Source: an uncultured virus (IMG/VR IMGVR_UViG_3300035188_001031)
Lineage: Duplodnaviria; Heunggongvirae; Uroviricota; Caudoviricetes
IMG/VR virus record: IMGVR_UViG_3300035188_001031
Strand: one strand, 5' to 3'
Length of the DNA: 64,000 bases
In this document: piece after piece, positions 9,481 to 18,876 of the stretch
How positions within the stretch are numbered: the stretch's first letter is position 1
Layout: each line of letters opens with the position of its first letter
Notes under the pieces: generated by a model
Seen by the model: the letters and a program-made list of their open reading frames with translations, nothing else
Database searches by the model: none
What the model was told of the DNA's origin: nothing
Position numbers and translations under genes: made by a program

Positions 9481-10600
9481 TCGGCACTGCCGCCCCGCAC
9501 TCGGGGCATTGCTGGCTGGTGCCCCTGGCATCCACCTTCTTCACGCAGACGCCACGCTTCAGCCCGACCCATTTCAGGATCGAGATGAACTGGCTCCAGC
9601 CTGCATCGAGCACCTGCTTCGACAGGTTGCCGCGTGCCATCCCTGCGATGTTCAGCGCCTCAACCACGATGGTGTCGGCGGTGTCGCAGAGCCGGTGGGC
9701 TTCCTTGAAGTGGAAGTCTTTGCGGACATTGCTCAGGCGTTCGTGTTGCCTGGCGAGACGGTGCATGGCGATGCGCCAGCGGCTGCTCCCCTTGCGCTTC
9801 TTCGATGCCAAACGGTTCAGCTCTTTCAGCCTGTGTTGTCCGGTCTCGAAGAAACGGGGATTGGCCACCAACTCACCGGCACTGGTCGCCAGGAAGTTGT
9901 TGATGCCGACATCGACGCCGATCGCATTGCCGTGTGGCTGCGGTTCGGGGATGTCGATGTCCTGCTCAAGCGAGAGCATGGCGTAGAAGCCAGACGCTCG
10001 CTTGACGATCCGCACCTGCTTGACGATGGCGCCATCAGGCAGCGGACGAGACTGGCGTAGCTTCACCCAGCCGATCTTCGGCAGGCTGATGCGGCCAGCA
10101 GATAACACCTGCTTGTTCAACTGCGGGAACAGGAAAGACCTGATCCGTTTCTTGAACCTTGGGAAGCCCAGTCCTCGCTCCCATGTCGCCACAAAGGATG
10201 CCTCCAGGTTGCGGAGGACTTGCTGGAGAACATGGGTGTGAGGTTCCTTCAGCCATGGCCGTGATGGCTTGGCGGCTGCCAATGCAGCGCACTGCTTGGC
10301 GAAGGTGGGCTTGGGTGCATCCGGCGGAATGATGTACTCCTGCCGGATCGAGCAGGCGTTGACGGGTGATTTCTTCGCACGAGCGAAGTCCCGTCGCTCA
10401 GCCAGGGCGTAGTTCCAGACGCCTTTGCAGATGTCCAGCCAGCGGTCGAAAGTCTCGACCTGGGCGGGCGTCGGCAGCAGCTTGAACTCGTAGGTCTGGT
10501 TAAGCATGACTAAATGGTAGCCGTTTTCTTCAGGCTGTGCTGGACAAGGCTTTGAGGGAAAGCCGCCCTGAAGGGCGGGGCTTGAGACCCAGTTCCAAGG
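9280..10600 (-). mobile_element. IS200/IS605-family (IS1341-like, tnpB-only) insertion sequence
   Basis: On the minus strand: left-end hairpin CCGCCCTTCAGGGCGG after CTGAC, right-end hairpin CCCGCCTTCAGGCGGG ending in ...CGTCAA; no tnpA. Confidence 0.85.
9332..10507 (-). CDS. tnpB: RNA-guided endonuclease TnpB
   Basis: MLNQTYEFKLLPT HTH start; RuvC motifs IGVDVG, IVVEAL and DRDVAAA; CPECG...CPECG zinc finger. Confidence 0.95.
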   Translation of the reverse strand: MLNQTYEFKLLPTPAQVETFDRWLDICKGVWNYALAERRDFARAKKSPVNACSIRQEYIIPPDAPKPTFAKQCAALAAAKPSRPWLKEPHTHVLQQVLRNLEASFVATWERGLGFPRFKKRIRSFLFPQLNKQVLSAGRISLPKIGWVKLRQSRPLPDGAIVKQVRIVKRASGFYAMLSLEQDIDIPEPQPHGNAIGVDVGINNFLATSAGELVANPRFFETGQHRLKELNRLASKKRKGSSRWRIAMHRLARQHERLSNVRKDFHFKEAHRLCDTADTIVVEALNIAGMARGNLSKQVLDAGWSQFISILKWVGLKRGVCVKKVDARGTSQQCPECGAAVPKDLSVRVHDCPECGYTADRDVAAAQVVLKRGIHSASGLGAREARGGEAP

Positions 10601-10718
10601 GTCAGCTACCAGGGCTGGCAGGGGCGGCACTGCCGCGACACCTTCCGGGATCTGAAGGCTTGCATCAGCGCGGTGGATCAGCGGCTGATGGGGGATTGCC
10701 CCATGGACCCTTAACGAG

Positions 10719-11015
10719 ATGCTGATGGGCAGCCGCTTGGTCGCCATTACGACTGAGGCCTTCCAGGGCAGCAGCGACCGAAGCTTCAGAGCTCCCCGCC
10801 CTCGTGCTCAGGGGGTAGGCAACCACCAAGCCAAGCTGACCGAGCGTGAAGCCAAGGAGATTCTCCGCGCTCGGGGGAACTGCTCTCAGGCTTCGCTGGC
10901 GGCTCGTTACAAAGTGTCACCCGCACTGATCAGCGCCATTCACCGGGGCAAAAAGTGGGGCCATCTTCAGCAGCAGTCCACTTCTAGTCCACCTGCAAAG
11001 GGTGCGCTACCATAA
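10719..11015 (+). CDS. HTH DNA-binding protein resembling the C-terminal domain of phage HNH endonucleases
   Basis: GVGNHQAKLTEREAKEI...SQASLAARYKVSPALISAIHRGKKWGHL; no HNH motif present. Confidence 0.6.
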   Translation: MLMGSRLVAITTEAFQGSSDRSFRAPRPRAQGVGNHQAKLTEREAKEILRARGNCSQASLAARYKVSPALISAIHRGKKWGHLQQQSTSSPPAKGALP

Positions 11016-11051
11016 ACGCAGTCGTAGAAAGCCTTCTCAGCGACTACCTAT

Positions 11052-11097
11052 CACTTTGGGGTAGTGGGGGTCGTGGGTTCGAATCCCGCCGCTCCGA
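11052..11097 (+). other. attP core: 3' part of tRNA-Pro(GGG)
   Basis: CACTTTGGGGTAGTGGGGGTCGTGGGTTCGAATCCCGCCGCTCCGA has an anticodon arm, T-arm and 3' acceptor strand but no 5' half; lies next to the integrase. Confidence 0.9.
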
Positions 11098-11125
11098 TTC
11101 AGTTACCGACTGAGATCTCAGTCAC

Positions 11126-11157
11126 AGCCCGCCTTCTCCCCCGAGGGCGGGTTTTTT
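11126..11157 (+). terminator. Rho-independent terminator after the tRNA fragment
   Basis: GCCCGCC...GGCGGGT stem followed by a T run. Confidence 0.8.
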
Positions 11158-11227
11158 GTTTCGGCCTGTTTGGACCCACTTAGGCCCACTCAGGCGCCAA
11201 AATCAGTCCACCTTTCAGTCCACCGGC

Positions 11228-12280
11228 ATGTCCCTGGCCATCGCTCTCGGGGAGCTGAACGCCCGTCTCAAGGCCGGCCGACATCGCTGCAGCGCCGAGC
11301 AGCGCAAAGCCTCCCTGGTCCTCCGGGCCACACTGCCCGACCGCAGCGACCCCTCTATCTCGCGACAGCAGCGGATAAGCCTGAACCTCCCGGCCACTTA
11401 TGCCTCACTCCCTGAGGTCGAACGCCTAGCTGTCGGACTCAGCCATCAACTCCGAACTCGCACCTTCCACTGGGAAGCCTGGGAAGCGTCCGAGGCGGCG
11501 GAAATCACCACAGACGACTTTCACGCAGCTGCAGTCCGCCTCCACGCCACCAAATACCGCCACTCCCCCGAGCGCGGCTCCACTGCCTGGGCCAAGAAAT
11601 GGCAACCCGCCCTCCGCAAGCTGCCTCAGGGCCCCGTTACCGAAGCGATCCTCCTGCGCACTGTGCGGCGCCTCCCTGAGGGCTCTGCAGCCCGCCGCGA
11701 TCAGGGAAACATCCTGGCCCAAGTAGCTCGTTCCCTGGGGATTCCCGACGCCGCCCTGCTGGCAGCCTGCCGGGGCTACGGGGCAGCCTCCCTGCGTCCC
11801 CGGGACATCCCCTCCGATCCCGAGATCGAAGCCGCCTGGAGCTCCCTGCGCCTGCCGCACTGGCGATGGACCTGGGGCATGTGCGCCGCCTACGGCCTGA
11901 GGCCTCACGAGTGCGCAGAGCTGGTCTGGCTGGAGGACGATTGGATCGAAATCGCAGATGCCACGAAGACCGGCTCCCGGCGTGTGACCCCCTGCCCAAG
12001 TTCCTGGGTGCAGCTCTGGGGCCTGCGAGAGCTGCAGCGGCCTACCCAGTCTTCACAAACCTTAAGCAAAGCTTTCGCTGATGCTCTCACCCGAGACCGC
12101 GTCAGCACCAAGCCGTACTCCTTGCGTCACGCCTACGCCCTCAGGTTGCTGAGCAGGGGCGTCTCTGCAGATCTGGCTGCCCGCCTGATGGGCCACAGCC
12201 TGGCCGTCCATCAGCAGACCTACCAGAGGTGGATCGAGGCTGACCGGATTCAGAAAGCTATGCAAGGCTGTTCGCTTTAG
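11228..12280 (+). CDS. int: Tyrosine integrase
   Basis: YGLRPHE, TKTG, YSLRHAYA, MGHS and QTY catalytic motifs. Confidence 0.93.
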   Translation: MSLAIALGELNARLKAGRHRCSAEQRKASLVLRATLPDRSDPSISRQQRISLNLPATYASLPEVERLAVGLSHQLRTRTFHWEAWEASEAAEITTDDFHAAAVRLHATKYRHSPERGSTAWAKKWQPALRKLPQGPVTEAILLRTVRRLPEGSAARRDQGNILAQVARSLGIPDAALLAACRGYGAASLRPRDIPSDPEIEAAWSSLRLPHWRWTWGMCAAYGLRPHECAELVWLEDDWIEIADATKTGSRRVTPCPSSWVQLWGLRELQRPTQSSQTLSKAFADALTRDRVSTKPYSLRHAYALRLLSRGVSADLAARLMGHSLAVHQQTYQRWIEADRIQKAMQGCSL

Positions 12281-12325
12281 GGTATAGTTCAACCAGTTTA
12301 GGCCTGCGAAGGCCCAATCAGACCG

Positions 12326-12670
12326 ATGCCACTGAGCCTGTTGCCCGATGCCGACGAGCGTTCCGAGCTGTTGTATCGCCTCACACGTATTGAGGCTGTA
12401 CTAGACAGCCTGGTGCGAGCACAAGAAAAACATTCCGAATGGATTGATTCTGAAGAGTTTTGCAAACAAGTCGGAATCGCTCCAAAACAACTGACTTATT
12501 ACATGTCAAAAGGGACGCCGGGCGGTGATGCAGTACGAAACATCGGCACGGTTGCTCGTCCTCGGTATCGGTTCCATCGCGTGAAGGCCGTTGACCAGTT
12601 CCTGAATAGGGGTCTGCATAACCCAGCCCTCTATTTTCGTACGGCAAAATCCGCACCCAAGAATATGTAG
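12326..12670 (+). CDS. Excisionase-like winged-HTH protein
   Basis: WIDSEEFCKQVGIAPKQL...RYRFH; follows the integrase. Confidence 0.6.
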   Translation: MPLSLLPDADERSELLYRLTRIEAVLDSLVRAQEKHSEWIDSEEFCKQVGIAPKQLTYYMSKGTPGGDAVRNIGTVARPRYRFHRVKAVDQFLNRGLHNPALYFRTAKSAPKNM

Positions 12671-12700
12671 AGGAGCAATGTGCGCGGAAGACCCCGACGC

Positions 12701-12916
12701 TCAGAGCTTGGAGATAGAAAGTATTGCTATGTACTTAGGATCAAAAAATGTAAGCGAGTTCTTTAATGCAATCTGCTGGGATAATCTTACTCTTAAGTCA
12801 TCAAGCCACCCTTCTTGTTCTGGATTCTCTAATTCCAGTAAGCAATCAGAATATCCGTAAATATCATCAGTTGAAACAAAACAGCAAACATGATAAAGAT
12901 TGTTAGCCCTCATCAT
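12701..12916 (-). CDS. Hypothetical protein
   Basis: Abuts the dcd stop in the leftward operon. Confidence 0.5.
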   Translation of the reverse strand: MMRANNLYHVCCFVSTDDIYGYSDCLLELENPEQEGWLDDLRVRLSQQIALKNSLTFFDPKYIAILSISKL

Positions 12917-13492
12917 TTACACCCTCGCTAAAGTCACACCAGCCGCCTGATTCTGGTACTTTCCCTGACCATAGGGCTTCAGACAGGGCTCACCTCGAAA
13001 AAACAGCGCCTGGCAAATACCTTCCATAGCGTAGATCCGCACATCAGCGTCGGCTGAATTGCTGATTTCTAGGGTCAGGTGACCTTCCCAACCCGCTTCA
13101 GCAGGTGTCGTATTTACGATAATGCCACAACGTGCATACGTGCTTTTACCGATAAATAGCACCGTAATATCTTCGGGAATCTTCAAGTAGTCATACACAT
13201 AAGCCAAGCTGTATGAGTGATGCCTTGCGATGAAAAAACTACCATCTTCATCGGTATGCAGTGGGTCATCCTCCAGATTCTTTGGATTAAACCGCTTCGG
13301 ATTTATGACCGTCCCCGGGATATGGCGGAAGCTCTTGAACTGATCCGGAGCCAACCGCAAGTCGTAGCCGTAAGAACTGGCACCGAAACTGATTGCTGCG
13401 ATGTCATCAACCTTTCGTATCTTCTCGGGGACGAAAGGTGTGATCATACCCGCTTCCGCCAGTTCGCGGATTTGCAAGTCATTCAGAAGCAT
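12917..13492 (-). CDS. dcd: dCTP deaminase
   Basis: ISFGASSYGYDLRL, GKSTYARCGIIVN.TPAEAGWEGHLTLEISN, GKYQNQ. Confidence 0.95.
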   Translation of the reverse strand: MLLNDLQIRELAEAGMITPFVPEKIRKVDDIAAISFGASSYGYDLRLAPDQFKSFRHIPGTVINPKRFNPKNLEDDPLHTDEDGSFFIARHHSYSLAYVYDYLKIPEDITVLFIGKSTYARCGIIVNTTPAEAGWEGHLTLEISNSADADVRIYAMEGICQALFFRGEPCLKPYGQGKYQNQAAGVTLARV

Positions 13493-13682
13493 TGCTTTTA
13501 CCTACATTTGTACTACGTGTGTACTGCGCTAAACGGGCTGAAGCCCGCGCTCGCTTTTTACCCAAGTTCCAATCGTAAAAGAACTGAGCATCATCAACGA
13601 GGCGGACTAACAACCCGTTCGGCAGCTTACGAGCTATTACAGTTAAGCGGTGCAATAGCTCGTTTCTGTGGTCGACGCTCAC
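13479..13682 (-). CDS. Hypothetical protein
   Basis: Overlapping ORF in the leftward operon. Confidence 0.55.
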   Translation of the reverse strand: MSVDHRNELLHRLTVIARKLPNGLLVRLVDDAQFFYDWNLGKKRARASARLAQYTRSTNVGKSNASE

Positions 13683-14098
13683 GCAGCAACAGCTTCGAGT
13701 TCCGCTTCTTTTTTCTTGAACCGGCCCTTGGAATCCCGAGGCTCAACTTCAGCCGCCCGTTGGAGAAGCACTACCCGAACTTCGCCAGGAGAGACAACAA
13801 TCTGCAGTTTGTCACCAGGATCGAAGCCTGCGTCCTCTGTGTAGGTCTTGCCCAGCAGCATCACACCATTCGTGTGAACAGTTGTGACATACCGTGCTGC
13901 TTTGCCCCTGTTCCGATTCGGATCAGCACCGACTTTCAGATCCTTAGCAGCGAGCAGCTGCGTCATGAAGCTTTTCTTCAGCACTTGCGGCTTTCCTGAA
14001 GTGGTCGTCCGCACGTACCCAGCTCCGCTAGCTAAGTCAGTTTCAGAAATGCCAGGGTTGGCTTGGACAAATGAAACCAGTTCGTCGCCTGTCAGCAT
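13679..14098 (-). CDS. Cyanobacterial AbrB-like transcriptional regulator
   Basis: MLTGDELV...AGYV...LLAAK...RG...Y.TTVHTNG..LLGKTYT...PGD cyAbrB signature. Confidence 0.85.
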   Translation of the reverse strand: MLTGDELVSFVQANPGISETDLASGAGYVRTTTSGKPQVLKKSFMTQLLAAKDLKVGADPNRNRGKAARYVTTVHTNGVMLLGKTYTEDAGFDPGDKLQIVVSPGEVRVVLLQRAAEVEPRDSKGRFKKKEAELEAVAA

Positions 14099-14165
14099 TG
14101 GAATGAAAGGAATGCGTTTTTAGCCTAACCCGTGCTGCGGGAAAAAGCAACCAAACCAGAACAGG

Positions 14166-16112
14166 TCATTTTGCGTCAGCCCAAGTAGCCCCCTTAGACA
14201 CCTCGGCCACGATGGGCACTTTCTCGCAGATCGATGCCCCCGCCCTCTCCATACATTCCCGCAGGCGCTCGCTCCAGTAGTCAGCAAACCTAGTCTCAAC
14301 CTCCAGCACGATCTCGTCATGGACCATCGCAATAAGGCGGCACTGCCCCTCCGGAGCTCTTGAAACCTCGCGCCATATCAGGCCTATGGCTCTTTTTGCA
14401 ATATCTCCAGCCGTCCCCTGCACCTGAGTATTTATTCGGGTGGTGTACTTGTCATCAAACCCTTTCAGAACCCTGCGCCTCCCCGAGAGCGTGAGTACAG
14501 CCGGGGAAGTTCTGGATCCCTCGACTTGCTGCCATCTATAAAGCGTTGGGTATGCTGTTCTAAAACCATCGACAATCTCTTTTGCTTCAGAAGCGCTCAT
14601 ATCAATATTGTATTCAGCCATAGCTTGCTTTCTCAAAGTTGCTGGACCGGCACCGTATAGCAGACCAAAGTTTGCAATTTTTGCACTTGTTCGTTGCGCT
14701 TTAGTGATCTTCTCGCTTTCGACGCCTGTGATTAAGGTCGCGGTCTCGGTGTGAAGGTCCCTACCAGCTTTGTAAGCCTCTAGCATGCGTTCCTCCCCTG
14801 ACAGTTCTGCCGCTACCCGCAGCTCAACCTGTGAGAAGTCTGCGACCACAAGAACATAACCATCTTCCGCTACGAACTTACTTCTAAACTCTGGACTGCG
14901 ATCGACTTGCTGCAGATTGGGACCAGCGCAACTGAGCCGCCCTGTCTTGGTCCCCATCTGCCTGTACCCCGCGTGAATCCGACCGTCCGGTCCGACCGCT
15001 TCAATGAGCTTCTGGATGCTAGTAACTTGGTTCGCCGATGATTTCCATGTCAAATACTGATCGACTAATTGATACTTCTGCCGTATAAACGCTAATAAGT
15101 TCTGGTCAAGACTTGTTTTACCCTCCGCACCAGGCGGCAGAATGATACCCGCATTAGTAAAGGCTACTGCCATCTGCTGTGTAGATGCGGGATTAAAACC
15201 CTTGTACTGTTTAGTTCCTAAGCGGACAGACCCAGTGTCTTTAGCTCTGGTATTAACGCTACCGTCGTCTTCTCTAGGCATCCATAGTGCTGGCTCGCTA
15301 GGGTGCCTCTCTTTAATATGAGTGTCCAGATTCTCTAAAAATGCGGTTTTTAACCCGTCAGCTTTCAATATAAGAGCGTCGTACAGTGACAATGCGTTTG
15401 GTACGTCGAACTTAAAGCCGTACCACTGCATAAGCGCCACAGGACGTAAAACATTCATTTCTAATGCAAAAATATTGTACAAAGTGACGTTTTCTTTTGT
15501 CCTAGCCTGCATTAATGCGGCTATTAACTCTTCTGATAGATGCGGTAAACACATAGCGTCACGAGCGGCGTACAGAAGCATTTGGTCATCAATAGCTCCA
15601 GCCCAATTCGCTTTTTGTAATTCTTTCGGAAGTTCATATTTCAAAATCCGCTGCGCGATGGAGCCTAGGTCGTTTTTAGCACCTGTCCCATTGTTCATAA
15701 TACTACTAGCGATCATAGTATCAAACAGTGGGCCACCTAATACCACCCCTTCACTTCGTAAGAAGTTCAGATCGAAAGTAGCGTTCTGCAGCACCTTAGG
15801 TATTTCCGATTCTAAAAGCTCTTTTAACAGCTTCATCTCAGGAAATTCCCATTCAACTTTATTACTCTTAAAATCTCTCCATCCTTCAATGTCTACTATC
15901 AGTGTAAAATCCTTTGACGCGACTTGTATTAGTCGCACATTGTCTACTGTGAAGTCTAAACCCGTAGTTTCAGTGTCTACTCCCAGTACAGTCTCCTCTT
16001 TAAGGCGCTTGACTGCTTTTACAAACAATACATGGTCTTCAGGACCTCCTACAAACACATAGTCAGCTTTGTCTAGAACCTGCTTACGGTTCAGCACTTT
16101 GTCAGAAGGCAT
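14166..16112 (-). CDS. polA: Family A DNA polymerase with 3'-5' exonuclease
   Basis: GVDTETTG, YAARDA, DFSQVELR, AKIANFGLLYG, MVHDEI. Confidence 0.96.
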   Translation of the reverse strand: MPSDKVLNRKQVLDKADYVFVGGPEDHVLFVKAVKRLKEETVLGVDTETTGLDFTVDNVRLIQVASKDFTLIVDIEGWRDFKSNKVEWEFPEMKLLKELLESEIPKVLQNATFDLNFLRSEGVVLGGPLFDTMIASSIMNNGTGAKNDLGSIAQRILKYELPKELQKANWAGAIDDQMLLYAARDAMCLPHLSEELIAALMQARTKENVTLYNIFALEMNVLRPVALMQWYGFKFDVPNALSLYDALILKADGLKTAFLENLDTHIKERHPSEPALWMPREDDGSVNTRAKDTGSVRLGTKQYKGFNPASTQQMAVAFTNAGIILPPGAEGKTSLDQNLLAFIRQKYQLVDQYLTWKSSANQVTSIQKLIEAVGPDGRIHAGYRQMGTKTGRLSCAGPNLQQVDRSPEFRSKFVAEDGYVLVVADFSQVELRVAAELSGEERMLEAYKAGRDLHTETATLITGVESEKITKAQRTSAKIANFGLLYGAGPATLRKQAMAEYNIDMSASEAKEIVDGFRTAYPTLYRWQQVEGSRTSPAVLTLSGRRRVLKGFDDKYTTRINTQVQGTAGDIAKRAIGLIWREVSRAPEGQCRLIAMVHDEIVLEVETRFADYWSERLRECMERAGASICEKVPIVAEVSKGATWADAK

Positions 16113-16218
16113 GGTAGTTAGTACCTCGTAAAGAAACGATAAAATAAAAGTGGAGCTAGTAGAGGTGCTCCGGCCCGCAGGTAAATAGTCCCGGGAGTTC
16201 CACCTCTAGGGACTAGGG

Positions 16219-18876
16219 CTATATCGGCCAGCTCCAGTCGTCATCCTCTCCCAGAGCCTCCGCGCGCGCGCGTGATATCTGTGTGGGGATGATATTTGCA
16301 ACTTGTTCCCCGAGATCGCCCTCGGGAGCTGAGGAAAAAGAAGTATCACCTGTTCCGGATCTGGTGGCCTGATAATTGTTTTCCGGAATCGGTGACTCCT
16401 CCAAAGAAGAATTATCATCCCCCTCCGGAGCCTCAGGGGTGATATTTCTTTTTTCCTGTTCCTGCAACCGTTCTCGGGGAACAAGTTGCAAATATCGCTC
16501 ATCCATGGACAACGCACGCACGCGCGAGGGGGGAAGCGTATAGGTGGTTACCGGTTTTTTGCTTCCTGGGACGGACTGCTTTTTCCCCTCCACGAGCACG
16601 CCACCTACAACCCAGCGATCCAACCAGCGCCTCACAGTCAACTGAGAAGGCGTCTTCCTCGCCTGGCCGGTCATCTCCTCTCCCAGGCGCTCCCAGACCT
16701 CTTTGGCGGTCACCCGGTCCGGACCTCCCCCAGACTCCCCCCGAGCACGCTGCACAGCGTCCTTGACGATCCTCAGCGCCATGGTGTGTGGCTCTGGATC
16801 CCCCTGCCCCTCGTCCTCCCGCCGCTCTGTCGGCGTCCAATCCCACACCGAGTACGCGAAATCAGCGTCCCGCTCCACCACCAGCAGGTCCCCTTCCCGG
16901 CCCAGGCGGCTTTTTTTGATCTGGATCAGCCTGCAGCTGGATGGCACCAGGCGCCGCTCCCGCATTTTTTCCCGCTCCTCGTCTGACGGCTTACGGAGAT
17001 GCCATTGCTCGTCTACGGCCGCTGTGAGGTATCGCGTACCGCGAGCACCACCCTGCGCGTTGTCGTGGTGAATCCAAATGATGCTAGTAGCAGGGAAGCC
17101 GTCAGGAGACCCGTTCTTTTCTCCGTAGTAGTAAAAAGGTGAAGCAAATGCTTTATCTTTTTCCTCTACTTGCATTTTTGTACTACATGAACCGATACTA
17201 TCTACTACGACTAATGCTGGCTTGTATTGCTTAATCCACTCTCCGAACTCATGGGTGTGGTTAAGCTGGAAGCCCTTTTTTACAATGAACCAGGAGTCTG
17301 TAGCTAGATCAATTCCATTGTCTTCGCAGTCTTGCACCAACTTGGCAGCGCTCTGATCATTTTGTATCCACAGCACTGGGCCCTGTCGTAGAGGTAGTTC
17401 AATGCCCCGAATCCGCATGGGTATCCCCCGGCCGATGGCTGTAGCCAAACCCATGCAAGCCGATGTCTTCCCGAGTCCGCCAGCGGCATGAAGCATGACC
17501 TGAGTGGGTTTTTGCAGCAGGTTAGGAATAACAAAGGTCATTCGTTCAATTTCTTGCCACCAGGCTTTCTTAAGATTGGATTCCCTAGATGATTCGTAGT
17601 ATCTGTATTCGTCCATAGCAGCTAAGCACTGCTGACCAGTTAGGCGGCGACCAGTCTCAGCAGCTAACCCCGCCATACGGCCTATTCGAATAGCGGGGTT
17701 TAATTCAGTATCATGTATGCGTATCAACGCTTCATGAAACTCACGCTCGTTCATCACTAGACGAGGCGTTTCAATAGATTTAACAACTTGCAGCTGCGCG
17801 TCTTCGGGATAAGAGTAACCGATAGCTGTCGCTATTTCAGCTACATAAGTCTCTAAATCTCCCCCTTGCGGACGAGGGGCGTGTTTCTTACCTGTCCGCA
17901 CTTTATGTATAAAGTCTAAAACATCACCATGCACCCCACACGCTTTACAGTCCCAGCATCCTGTATCCAGTGAATACTGGAATGCCGTCCCGCTCTTGCC
18001 CCCATGCCAAGGGCACCCTGAAAGCATTTGAGGTTTGGAACCAGAACGCAGTGTCCATCCGTATTCGTCGAATGTGGAATGTTGGAATACAAGATCTTCC
18101 AACCGAGGACGTAGTTTTGCCTGTACTTCTTCTCGGAAAAACCAACCCCTAATTTGCTTAGGCGGAATCATTGTATTAGCACCTACATCCGCTGTTAATT
18201 CCTCAAGCTCATCTGTACTTAGGAATTGAACCGGCTTTCTATATGGACGTACAGCATCTAACAGCCATCCCGGCGCATTAGCGGGCATTCCATCGTTGTA
18301 ACTAAGCCATTTGTAGATCATTCCATCTGGATGCTTAGATCCAGGGAGCACGCTCTGGCAGGCATTAAATCGTATGACTAATTCTTGATAGTCGCCCTCA
18401 GTTTGTACCTCAGGTACGGTATCTATCCATTCATCTTTCTCAGTTGCTGAATTATAAGCGTAGTACAGCTTCTTTACACCAGTCATCTCATAAACAAGCT
18501 GCGTCGGTACTCTATAGACAATCTGTCTTCTTTCCAATCTGCCTGATGTCCAACTCATAGTTCTTTCACTCCCATAAGGTTCATATTCTGTTCCTGCCAT
18601 CTTTTTAAATCGCACATCCGCATCTGGACCATCGATGTCCACTGCAATAAGCCCGTCAGAAAGGCTTCCTGTAACAACTCCTATTCCGTTGTAGGCCGTT
18701 TTGCTCTTATACAGTGCAATTGTCTGTTCTTTTGTTAAAGGCTGAATAGTCCAGTCTTTAACATAAGTGTCTTTCCCTGCAACAGGAACAAAAGACCAAC
18801 CGCTTGGGAAGACATTGTTTTCTAATTGCTTAATCGCTTTCGCTCCTAAGAGCTCGGATTTGTCTTGTTCTGCCAT
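16219..18876 (-). CDS. Primase-polymerase / zinc finger / AAA helicase replication protein
   Basis: Prim-pol GIGVVTG...AVDIDG and QSVLPGSKHPDG; CPWH...CKAC; Walker A GGLGKTS and Walker B VVVDS. Confidence 0.9.
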   Translation of the reverse strand: MAEQDKSELLGAKAIKQLENNVFPSGWSFVPVAGKDTYVKDWTIQPLTKEQTIALYKSKTAYNGIGVVTGSLSDGLIAVDIDGPDADVRFKKMAGTEYEPYGSERTMSWTSGRLERRQIVYRVPTQLVYEMTGVKKLYYAYNSATEKDEWIDTVPEVQTEGDYQELVIRFNACQSVLPGSKHPDGMIYKWLSYNDGMPANAPGWLLDAVRPYRKPVQFLSTDELEELTADVGANTMIPPKQIRGWFFREEVQAKLRPRLEDLVFQHSTFDEYGWTLRSGSKPQMLSGCPWHGGKSGTAFQYSLDTGCWDCKACGVHGDVLDFIHKVRTGKKHAPRPQGGDLETYVAEIATAIGYSYPEDAQLQVVKSIETPRLVMNEREFHEALIRIHDTELNPAIRIGRMAGLAAETGRRLTGQQCLAAMDEYRYYESSRESNLKKAWWQEIERMTFVIPNLLQKPTQVMLHAAGGLGKTSACMGLATAIGRGIPMRIRGIELPLRQGPVLWIQNDQSAAKLVQDCEDNGIDLATDSWFIVKKGFQLNHTHEFGEWIKQYKPALVVVDSIGSCSTKMQVEEKDKAFASPFYYYGEKNGSPDGFPATSIIWIHHDNAQGGARGTRYLTAAVDEQWHLRKPSDEEREKMRERRLVPSSCRLIQIKKSRLGREGDLLVVERDADFAYSVWDWTPTERREDEGQGDPEPHTMALRIVKDAVQRARGESGGGPDRVTAKEVWERLGEEMTGQARKTPSQLTVRRWLDRWVVGGVLVEGKKQSVPGSKKPVTTYTLPPSRVRALSMDERYLQLVPRERLQEQEKRNITPEAPEGDDNSSLEESPIPENNYQATRSGTGDTSFSSAPEGDLGEQVANIIPTQISRARAEALGEDDDWSWPI
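16291..16496. repeat. Long imperfect palindrome with perfect 25-bp arms; candidate replication origin
   Basis: GATATTTGCAACTTGTTCCCCGAGA (16291-16315) and its exact reverse complement (16472-16496). Confidence 0.85.

Noticed and set aside
10508..10747. N-terminal extension of TnpB (471-aa track ORF)
   Set aside because: It crosses the IS left-end hairpin and flank; TnpB homology begins at MLNQTYEF (10507).
11030..11097. Complete tRNA-Pro gene
   Set aside because: The 5' acceptor strand and D-arm are absent; it is an att core.
16155..16215. Hairpin (TAGAGGTG/CACCTCTA) between primase and polA as an ncRNA
   Set aside because: A single imperfect stem with no second copy or family motif; may be a processing site but unsupported.
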